DNA from: Takakia lepidozioides
Lineage: Eukaryota; Plantae; Bryophyta
NCBI GenBank assembly: GCA_030704615.1
Contig: CM060734.1
Location: 47,740,001-47,804,000 of the forward strand
DNA length: 64,000 bases
Direction of reading: 5' to 3'
A model generated the notes under the pieces. That model ran no database searches, was not told the origin of the DNA, and was given only the letters and a program-made list of their open reading frames with translations. Shown one piece after another: positions 47,079-58,463 of this stretch; within the stretch, counting starts at the first letter, position 1, and every line of letters starts with the position of its first letter. A program made the position numbers and the translations under genes.

Positions 47079-49595
47079 GTTTCTTCCTGATGTTTACAAG
47101 GTTATTGGGAGAGTCAGCTTGGTCTTAGCAGGCAGGGTTTCAATCTCTGGGAGGCATGGTCAACTGCAAACAGCAGTGGCAGCAGCACAATTGATAGAAC
47201 AAAGCACTGCTAATCAAGGTAACTTCTTCAACGCATTTTCAGTCTGTTTTTCCATGGCTGTCATTGGGATTGCAGCCCTAGCAGCTGATTCTGTGTCTAA
47301 GTAGCATGGACAAGGTAGTCGAATAGACTCTTGCCAATGTGGATAGTGGGAGGGCAGAGGAGGTAGCTGACACTGTTATGGACTTGTGGGCCTGGTGTGA
47401 CATACCTTACTAAGTAGGGGCCCAGGGATATGTGGCGTACTACATGGGCAACAAAAGAAACGCCAGCCACGGAGGCATTGGAGTGGTCAGGCCAGGCGAG
47501 GGAAGTAGGATAGCAGCAGCGAAATGTGATGAAGAGCAAAGTAGAAAGGCTGAACAAGCGAAGCATAGGCGTGATTCAAGGGTTGCCAAAGCTGCAAGGG
47601 ACGTTGAAGTGGTTGTTCATGAACGCGATATGGAGTGTTGTGAAGAGAGGGATGGCTATGGGAACGAACGAGCAGTGGGTAACTGCTTGAATAACATTGT
47701 GCATGTCATTGAAGATGAATTGACAGGTTTGGGTGGCGGATTAGACTCAAAGAAAATTGTGATGGGGAAGGTTCTCTCTCACCCACAGCTTGCACCCTTT
47801 ATGCCTTCTAACTTATTGCTTGATGCAAAAGAAGCTAGAGCAAACCAAATTGCCTTGCATAGTATTAGAGAATGGCAGAGCAAAGTAAAAGGGAGACAGA
47901 GAAAAGATATTGCTAGAGCCAAGAGCATTGTTTGTAGTGTGGCAACTTCCAGCCACACTGAGAATGTAAGATTGACTGCGAAGGTCCTTGGCATAGATCG
48001 CAAGTTGCTTTCAAAAGGTATGAATAGGCGAAGGCTTCTTGATGAGGCTGGGCAACCGTTGTGGCAATTGGAGAGTAAGCGAGCTGATGCATTGACTAAA
48101 GAAGTGCAGACGCTAGTAACAGAGTGGTGGACAACAGAAACCACGGTGTCACCAAACAAAAATGATATTATTCGACGTCGCAGGGGGCCAAAAGATTATG
48201 AGACACGTGCCACACACTATCTTCAAGAGTCTCAGGTTTCTCCTCTCTACACCTGTTGTTTTTCTGTGTTCAATTGCATGTCCATCTTCTCAGCAACCTA
48301 CATAGATCCTGAATAGTTTGCTTTCAGCATGTTAGACTAACCAGAATTCTCCTTCTTTAAGGATCTTACTTTTTTAGGAGGTAGTTTTCAGGATCAAGTA
48401 TATATGTTGTTACAGTATATATATACTATGGCCTGGTTTGTATAAGTGTTAGTTGCACTCACTAGGGCCACTACATCATAAAGCCCTTGTTCTGTAGGAG
48501 TTAGTGCAGTACTGCAGTATCATAATGATAGCTATCAGTACCACTAGTAGAGTAAGTAACTGCGCAGGAATCAGTTTAGGGTGTAGAGTAAGTAACTGCT
48601 AAAGGCAAGAATCAGTACCACTAGTAGAGTAAGTTGTCGTGCGCATACATATCGCTACACAACTACATCGCTGTCCAAAACCACACAACACATGTGCACA
48701 CCACACACTAGTATACCACTAGTCTACCACTAGTCCAACCACTAGTCCAACCACTAGGCTACAACTAGTCAGTCACTAGGCTGCCACTACGCTGCCCACT
48801 ATGGCAGTCACTAGTCCACACAATAATAAAGAAGAAGAATACAAGCACAAGCTCATGCGAGCTCACAAAGCTGAAGCATAAACTCATGCATATATAACCT
48901 CATCACTCAAATACAAGTCAAGCCAAGTGCACCCCACGCCATGGGGAATCCACACTACGGCGCCATAGCTAGGCGCGGTGAGGCTCAACTCGAGAAAGAT
49001 GAGCCTCCCGCGCTTGCCGTGAAGATAACCACTCCAGGGCCTAAATCTGCCTTGACCCCTGGATTGACACTTGGGCCAATCCCAAATGTCAATATGTAAA
49101 AGCTAGCTATTTCCTAGCTAGTTTCACACTAGTGGTAAAATAACTTGACAGCTGTCGTGCATACATATCGCTACACAACTACATCGCTGTCCAAAACCAC
49201 ACAACAATGTGCACACCACACACTAGTATACCACTAGTCTACCACTAGTCCAACCACTAGTCCAACCACTAGGCTACAACTAGTCAGTCACTAGGCTGCC
49301 ACTACGCTGCCCACTATGGCAGTCACTAGTCCACACAATCGCCCCCCTAGCTGGTGCTTAGGTCCCTCTAAGTCCAGGTAGCCACAAGATGTGATAGTGA
49401 CCATAGCCTCACTAAGTCCTCCACCACTATCCCTACTACACTCAAACTCGATAGATCAAGAGGCGGGTGCAAGAGTTGCCCCATCGTTAGTCGCCGTCTT
49501 GCAACCTGTGAACTTGAGCTTGGGATCTCATGTATTGACTCATATGAGCTTGGCCTCCATGTCTTGTTAGCTGCCTCCAGTCATGTCCACTGCCA

Positions 49596-52500
49596 CTATC
49601 CCAAGCAGTGTGGACACAACCAATCTCCGTCAGGAACCTTCTCAAGGGGTGGTGTCAAGCATCCCATATGCCAACCCCTTGAGCACCGATCACACACCAG
49701 CATGGTGGCTGCCCCTTTGGCAGACCCACAGAGCATGCACCTCAAACCTGCAGGTACCACTGCCAAGTTTGGGTCAACTCTGCCATCGACATTGGGAAGG
49801 TGACATGGCGCACAATTACGCACATGGTCTTTCCAAGTCATGCCATCCCGACCCTCTAAGATCAGGACCCCTGAGGGCAACACCTCTCGAACCCTCAGAA
49901 TAACACGCCCTGCAGTAACATCTAGAGTCGTAGGAGCAGTCTGCTGCAAATAAACATAGTCACCAGGGCTAAACCTCCGAACCCCAGGACGATATCCTCC
50001 ACCATGTATAGTGGCATACCTCAACGTATCACGGTGCTGTGCAATGGCAAGGTTCTCAAAAGCCATGGGCATGACTTTCTTGAACAACTCTGCACGCTGA
50101 TCACATGCACGTACCCACATGTCCGGATCGTCAAGGTTAAGGACTTGAGCAGTGTCCCTACGAATGGCTGCAGGCAAATCCGGCTCTCGGCCAAAGAGAA
50201 GGAAATATGGTGAGAAGGAGGCAAGTGATGCTTGTTTGCTGAACCTGTAGCCCATGGCTAACTAAGGAACCTGAAGATCCCAATCTCCTAGGTGTCCCTT
50301 CTGCAAGCCATACTTGCGCAAACCCCTCTTCACCGTCTGAACAACTCTCTCTGCTAAGCCATCGGCCTCAGGATGATCCCGAGAAGTGGTGCGGTGGTCT
50401 ATCAAGGCTTATCACACAAAGCCTGAAACTCCCCCAAGAACTCTCTCCCTTGGTCCGTGAGTACCTCAGCTGGAGCACCAAATCGGCTAAGCACACGATC
50501 CAAGAATGCATACGCAGCCCCCTCACTAGCCTTGTCAGGCAATGGAACCAACTCAATCCACTTGGAGAAGTGCTCCACCATCACCAACACATATCTGTTG
50601 TGGCGCATAGTCAGTGGCAACGGTCCTGTGAAGTCAAGACTCCACCTGTAGCCTAATCCCATGATTGGTAAAGGATGCAACTGTGGTGTAGGGCGTTGAA
50701 TGAAGCACGCACCCTGTCACACACCATGCACCTAGCCACAAACTGTGCACCTCTGTATGCATACCACGCCACCAATACTGCCCCTGCAGTAAACTGTGAG
50801 TGCGTCGCACTCCAAAATGCCCCAACTCCTCATGGGCATGCCGCACTAACCGTGCACGCTGTGTGGGGTGAGGCACAATCCTCACCCGACCATCCTCCCA
50901 CACTCGAAGTAGGTGTATCCCCTCCACTTGAACCTCTTGGCTCGTTGCAGGATCCGATCCCTCTCCCTGGCAGTCACAATGGCTGCCGTGTCTCCCGTGC
51001 GGAGGTAGTCCAACACAGCCGAATCCTCATGTATATCTCTGGCACCACCTAGCTCATCACTAGCCTCAGGGTCCTCAGACACTCCGTCTACAGTCATCCC
51101 TGTTGTAGGTCCAATCTGACCTCCCGATGCCAAGATACACAAAAATGCAGATGCGTGCCATCCCGGCACCATCTCCTCGTCCGTCTCACCATGCCACCGA
51201 GCTCCAGTGTCATCCTGCTGGCTCATGCATGGATTGCGACTCAATCCATCCGCATCCCGATTGACCAAACCCGGTCGATGCACAACCTGAAAGTCATACT
51301 CCTGGAGTATAAGTGCCCACCGTGCAAGCTTCCCCGTAAGCTTGTCTGACTCCATCAACCACTTGAGTGGCTGGTGATCCGTGACAAGGGTGAAAAGATT
51401 GCCGTATAGATAGCACCTGAAGTGTGCCACGGCCCACACTGCAGCTAAGCACTCTCCCTCATATGAGCTGTACTTAGCCTCTGCAGCGTTGTTCGAGCGG
51501 CTAGCGTAAGCCACTACGAACTCTTTCCCTCATCATCCACCTGTGTGAGCACCGCTCCAAGCCCCAGCATGCTCCAATCCGTATGCAGCTGAAAGGGACG
51601 CCCCCTGATAGGTCGTCTCAAGATAGGCGCCGAGGTCAACCTCGCCTTGAGCTCTTGAAAAGCTCGTTCTTGCTCATCTTCCCACTGCCACTCCTGGTCC
51701 ACCTTGGTCAGCTTGGTTAGAGCCTTTGCAATGGTACTAAATCCCTTGACAAACCGTCTATAATAGTTTGCCAACCCCATGAAAGCTCGAACTCGGCTCA
51801 CATCCGTGGGGCGTGGAATTTGTGCAATGGCCTCTACCTTAGTCTGCTGTACCCCCAATCCTCCAGGATATATCATGTGACCCAGATACTCAATCTGGTT
51901 GTGGAAAAACTTGCACTTCCCCGGATGCAACTTCAATCCGTGCGCTCTCAAGCGCTCCAATACCACCTGAAGGTGTCTCTCATGCTCCTCCATCGTAACA
52001 CTAAAGATGATGATGTCATCTATGTAGCACCGAGCAAAGTCCACCCCTGCTAGAATCCTATCCATGACTCTCTGAAACTCTGCAGGAGCATTCTTAAGCC
52101 CAAATGGTAAGAACCGCCACTGATATAGGCAATCCTTGCCGTGCTCATTGATCCCCCAGAATGCCGTCTTCTGCTTGTCCGCCTCCTTGATTGGCAACTG
52201 GTGATATCCGGATCGTAAATCCAAAGTGCTAAAGGCCTTAGCATGCCCGATGGCATCAAAGATCTCCTCTGGTGTTGGCATGGCATACTTATCGGACTTG
52301 GTCTGACGATTTACAGGCCGGTAATCACCGCACATACGTCTCTCCGTCCAATTGCCATAGACATCCTTCTTGGCTGGCATCACTGTGGCTGAAGCATACT
52401 CTCCACCAGAGAGCTCCACCAAACCTGCCTCCCAGAGATCTTGAGTCCTCATCTGAATCAAAGACCTCTCCATGTCACTGTATCTATAGGGTCTCCGAAA

Positions 52501-52725
52501 GATTGGCGTGTCAGTGGCCAACTCAATACGGATCTCTTGACCCTTCAGTGCTCCCAAGTCCTTCAAACTGAAGGCAAAGCAATTCCTGTAAGCCCTCAGG
52601 AACCGCCGTATACGTCGTCTCTCTCCTCCGGTGACAATGGGTCCAATGTCAGGCTCCCAATTGTCCTCCGTAACTACAACCTTAAGTCCAGTGGGCTTAG
52701 AGGTAGAGGACGCGTCCCGTGGTTG
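49596..52725 (-). pseudogene. E2 pol: RT, RNase H, integrase, PHD (49605-49739); several frameshifts and a stop
   Basis: ORF pieces 51514-52566, 50882-51514, 50634-50927, 50402-50680 and 49596-50255 are collinear with E1 pol. Confidence 0.92.
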
Positions 52726-55700
52726 CTATGCTGCAACCTCTTGAGCAGTACTCCCTACCTGCTCAGTCAATGACAAGGCATCATCCTGCCCCATCATCTC
52801 ATCCTTGAGGACCTCCTCAACTCGAGAAGAATCCCCAACCTCATCCATCACAGCCGCCTTGGCTGCCAACTCCCTCTGAACCTCGAGCACCTCCCACGTG
52901 TGCCATGGATGCATGCACCCCGTGGTCCTCATATGCTCGCCCCCACTCACTGCCTGTACCGTCTCGGTAGGCAGAGAGACCATTGAGGGAAGTGTATTCC
53001 GCACTCTGCGTTGCTCAGCTAGAGCCAAGCTGATAATCCAGGTCAAGCAATTGAGATCCATTGCTTGCCCCAACACTTGACGACGTGATGCCTCAGAAAG
53101 AGACGACACCGCCGTGGTACCAGTGGTAAAACCCATTGCCCGCTCATGCTCGTCAGCATTAGGCTCCACTAACTGCTGCAACTGAGCATCCCACAGGAGG
53201 CCAGGTCCACTATCCCGGAAAGCATGCGATCCTGGGAAGCTGAGCAGTGTAGGTAATGCTGCTCGTGGTTGACCCACCTTGTTGACCACTGCCAAAGGCG
53301 AACGGTCATCGTGTCTCACACGTTGAGACTGCCTCCCTGTGTCCAGAATGTTATCCACTGTGAGATGTGCTGGCCGCTGCACCCCATCAAATGCACGCTT
53401 GAGCAGTGCGGGTGGCATCATGTTAGTCCACCATAGCCGTGGACGATGAGCCCGTGACCCCACTGTAGCTGCATCCAGCAACACTGCTGACCCAAGCCAC
53501 GACCGGACTTGATGCACACTGGCCATCACCCTGGCCCGAGAATTGCCCATCAATGGCACATTCTCCAAGATGTATGCTGGAGATACAGCTTGATGAAGCT
53601 GCAAGTGGCGCAAAACCCGCACCATCTCCCAAAACAGACCCGACCTCGAGTCTCGCAATCCATTGCCATGCCCGGCTGATGAATGCCCTTGGCAGGGCCA
53701 ACCTGCCACTACCAGATCAATGGAGCCAACCCGCTCCAAATCCTGCGCCCCCAGCAACGAAATGTCTGCTGGCAAGGCCTGCTGATATCCACGAATTGCA
53801 GACACCGACAACAACTCAGGGTACCGCTGCACCAACTGAGCAACATGGCGAAGTGAAACGCGTCGTGCAGTCTCATCCCTCTCCACATACAGGTAACGCC
53901 GAACTCGTACACCTGCCTGTAACACAGCAGCCAATCCGGTGCTGATCCCGCCAAACAAGTCCAGAAGACAAATGCCTTCATCCGGAGACTGCCACACAAT
54001 AGGTGTGGTGTCCAATGGAGACAATTGAGGTGGTCCTGGTGCAATCTCCACACTCTCCTCCTCTCCTGACGGTACAAAAGCCTCCACCCAGGCTTGTTGC
54101 ACCCGTCGATCAGCATCCCGCTGCAAATCCTTGCTCGTGCCCCACAATGGAGTCTGAGCAACCATGGTAGGCAACTCCGCCATACCATACATGTCATCCT
54201 GCTCTCCCGGAGGTGGTACATCCTCTGAATGAGCATTGCCCTCAAGCAACTCTCTAGGCCAACTCACTGCCGCTGTGAATGCTGCTAGTGTCGGCATCTT
54301 GCCTCGCTGGGCAACCGCAACTCCTCCTATGAACGTCACAGGGAGCTGCGCACGCCGGCCCTCCCCTGACTGCCATGCAGGCCTATAGGAAGCTGACTCC
54401 TCCCAAAAATCCAGGGTGAAGCCCATGGGGTACAACACTGCCCCACCAACCAGGACATCGTATGAGACTGCGTCTGTCACAATGGCCTTGGCTCGCATCA
54501 CTGAGCCATCTGTAGGGTGATCCGGCCGTAGTCTGATAGCCAACTCATGCCGTGTCATGCCCCGAGCCTGCTCCGATCCTCCGAGAGACGTCTGTATCTG
54601 GAAAGGACAAGGCTCCATATCCGCCTCCGTGAGGCCCAAGCCTGCAATAGCAGCTCTGCCCAGCATCAGTGGCTGAGCTCCCGAGTCCAACAAGACTCAC
54701 AGTGGCCGGTACCTCTTGCCTGCCGGTCCACTCAAACAGAAAATGCCATCCTGGTTGTCTAACATGACAACTCCAGGTGTCACCATGGCGCGCTCAATGG
54801 CTAGCCTAGCTGGCAGCTCCATCAACCTGGCAGCTGCAGCTTGCCATGGCGCCGCCGTGGCAGTCTTGACCCTCAAATCCGAGGATCCCTCCGGCACTAC
54901 ACCTCCCACTATCTCCGCAGAAGATGAAGTAACCTCCCCACTCTCACAGAGTGTAGCTGCCAGCCTGAACACCTCAGCTGGTCTTACCCCCGGCGTCGCA
55001 ATCATGGTAGCCAAGAACAATGGAGCCTGGCACACAGATGTGGCCACTCTTAGCAGCACACTAGCTGCCGTAGCCTTGGCAACACTAGGTAGTGGTGCTA
55101 CCCGTGTAGCTCTCCCCAATGGCATAGTGACCTCCGCCTCGGTAACAGTCGGGCGAGAACTAGGTGCCATGGATGGCGTCGACACTGTCTCCGCCAATGT
55201 GAATGACTGAGGAAGCCTAGCCTGACGGCTTGCCTCCCCACGCTGTGGATCCAACTCCACCTCTGCACCTCGTGGCTCAGGAACTCGTGCTGCTCCTCGA
55301 GTCACGGCTGCAGCAGACTCCACCTGCACTAGTGGTAGTGCTGCTCCACACATGAATCCCATGCCTCCCATATCTCCTCCCTCAGGAGCAGGAGGTGGAC
55401 CATCCGGCCTTAGAGCCGGTACCACCTGAGCTGTAGCCATGGCAGCGAGCCTCTGCTCTAGCTGCTGAAGCCGGTTGGCCATGCCTTGGTCAACACCCTG
55501 ACCTCCGCGTCCTTGGCCACGTTGAGCTTGCCCTTGGCCTGCACCTCGTGGCTGGCCACCTCGTCCCCTCTGGGCTGCTCCACCTCGCCCCCGGCCACCA
55601 TTGTTCCCTTGGAACTGGCCTGGGCGCAACTCAGGATGCAAACCATAACACTGAGCCTCTCCATGCCCGTGTTTGCCACAATGCCCACACTGTAACTGTG

Positions 55701-56898
55701 CAGGCTGTGCATGTGCCGGCCCTTTGCCTCCCTCTGGACAATCCTTCTTGACATGGGGTCCTCCACATGTCCAGCACACCACATCCGCCCGTTGTTGGCC
55801 AGCAAATGAAGGGAGAGACCCCTGCATCTGAGGTCCTCTCTGCCCTTCCCTGAGCTTCACCTGAGCCCCCTTGTTGCCTTGAGCACGTTGAGGTGGTGGT
55901 TGGCTAGGAGCACCACTACCCCGTGGTGTCTCCTTAGCAAATCCCACCATGACCACTCGTTCCTCCACCATGTTGAGCTCTATCCGCTCTGCCAGCAAAA
56001 ACACATTTGCTAAGGTGGGTTGGGCCGCTTGTAGGAGAGTTGCATCCCGCACCCTTCTCCTCAGCTCCTTGTCCAATATCCCATACCAGAATTGGACTGC
56101 CTGAGCTTCCGTAACCCCTTGGGTTACATTTATCAAGCGCCTCATGCGAGTGAAAGCCTCCCTCAAGCTCTCGGTCGGCTTCCGTTGGAACTCTTGCAAG
56201 CTCCGCAACTTCTCTGTCCTCACCCCTTGGTAGTTCCCTCTCAACTCTTCAAAGAACTCCACAACAGGGTTGAAGGCAGGCACGGATGCTAGTGCTGGTG
56301 CGGTAGTGGCTTGGGTGGACGTCGTAGCTACTGTACCACCAGTCCCACTGCTGCTTGCTGAAGCTGCCGGTGCAGCGGCAGGTGTAGCCACTGCCCTCGT
56401 GGCTCTAGTGCCCCTAGTGATGGAGACATAGTCGGGTGACCAGTACATCCTCCACTCCTCGATCTCAACCTCATGCCCCCGCCTGAACTCATGGTAATCA
56501 TCCATAGGCGGCCCCTCAAGGTGCTGAAACAGCCCCTTCCATGCCATGAAAGGCGTAAATAGTTGTGGATTGCGCATTTGCTGCAAATCACACCAACTAT
56601 CAAACTCTTGGATAAAATCATCCAACTCGATGGTGCCCACCGCCCCAGAGTATCTTCGTGGCCCCTTGGTAGCTCCATACATCTCCTCCATTGTGTCCCA
56701 CAACAATGGCAAAGAAACAACTTGCACCGCCGGTATGAGTCCTCCCGATTCACAATCCGAATCAGAACCTTCCGTAGAAGACACAGGAGGTGAAGGTGGC
56801 CTAAACCGCACACCTCGTCTCGTGTACCCACTAGTATCGCTAGTGCTCGAACCGGCACTGTCCCCAGCAACTAGTGGCACCTCCGTGTTGACACTCAA
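52726..56898 (-). pseudogene. E2 ORF1: Gag-protease-DNMT3-like methyltransferase (about 53035-53978), one premature TGA at 54697-54699
   Basis: Same motifs as E1 ORF1 (LDLFGGIS, AGWPCQG, YILENV, AHRPRLWW, RRQVLGQA); TGA aligns with an Arg codon in E1. Confidence 0.9.
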
Positions 56899-57639
56899 CC
56901 GGTCACGAACATGTCCCTAACCCCCTCTTCACAAGGTAACCGGGTAGAGAACCTGTTGCGGCTTATGGTTTGGAATACTAAGTTCCTAACATAGCCTACA
57001 CCTGTACCTGCATCCACCGCAAGCACTCCTATGGTTGGCTGGTCATCACCTCCAACCTCACCACAGGAGAAACAATGATGGTCTGGCTGGTCATCACCCC
57101 AGCCTCACCATCGACAGCATGCTCTAGGACTGGCCGGTGATCAAATCCGGACCAATCACCTATAAAAACAAGCGCCCACACAAAACTAGCATGGCGCACA
57201 GTCAAGCATGCAGGTATGGAGGGGATCCAAACACAAGAAATCAGATCGACAACTCCCCCACACCAAAAACAACTCCACGGTGTTGCTCCTGCAAGGACAC
57301 CCCAGCCCAAACCCGGACTGACTCTTGCCTCCACCTACGGAAAGGTCTTGGCCTAATGAGAGGGTGGAAACTACAAGGAAGAGAAGCTAAAGCAATGCCT
57401 AACCCCAGCATGCTCTCATCCCAACACTCTGCCTCTCCTCTCTACCCTCACTTGCATGACCATGGGAATATCATGAAGATACTCCTCAAACCGCCCTCCA
57501 CGAGCTTCAAAATTCGGCCTTCCAGACCATAGGCCAGTCCTTAGGCAGTCCACCAGTGCCTCCACGAGTCAGCACAGGCCATCCACAGGTCAACACGGGC
57601 CACCACAGACCAGCACAGGCCCACACACCTCACTGGTCA

Positions 57640-58463
57640 CAGCCGTCACAGTCCCACAGGCCACTGGGCACGGCCTGTCACAGCCCCTCACAGCTCGTCA
57701 CAGCCTCAAAGGCCTCAGGCACAGCCTGTCACAGCCCCTCACAGCCCGTCACAGCCCCAAAGGCCTCAGGCGCGGCCTGTCACAGCCCCTCACAGCCCGT
57801 CACAGCCGCAAAGGCCTCAGGCACGGCCTGTCACAGCCCCTCACAGCCCATCACAGCCCCAAAGGCCATGGGCACAGCCTGTCACAGCCCGTCACAGCCC
57901 CACAGGCCTCAGGGCACAGCCTGTCCCAGCCCCGCACAGCCCGTCACAGCCCCAAAGGCCACTGGGCACAGCCTGTCACAGCCTAACACAGCCCGTCACA
58001 GCCCCACAGGGCACAGGGCACAGCCTGTCACAGCCCATCACAGCCTGTCACAGCTTGCCACAGCCTGTCACAGCCCGTCACAGCCCGTCACAGCCGCAAA
58101 GGCCTCAGGCACGGCCTGTCACAGCCCCTCACAGCCCATCACAGCCCCAAAGGCCATGGGCACAGCCTGTCACAGCCCGTCACAGCCCCACAGGCCTCAG
58201 GGCACAGCCTGTCACAGCCCCGCACAGCCCGTCACAGCCCCAAGGCCACTGGGCACAGCCTGTCATAGCCTGACACAGCCCGTCACAGCCCCACAGGGCA
58301 CAGGGCACAGCCTATCACAGCCCATCACAGCCTCAAAGGCCTCAGGCACGGCCTGTCACAGCCCCTCACAGCCCATCACAGCCCCAAAGGCCATGGGCAC
58401 AGCCTGTCACAGCCCGTCACAGCCCCACAGGCCTCAGGGCACAGCCTGTCACAGCCCCGCACA
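57640..58463. repeat. Tandem array inside the E2 leader, about 51-bp units built from about 10-bp TCACAGCCC(G/C/A) subunits
   Basis: For example cacagcctgtcacagcccctcacagcccgtcacagccccaaaggcctcagg repeating at 57720, 57771 and onward. Confidence 0.9.
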
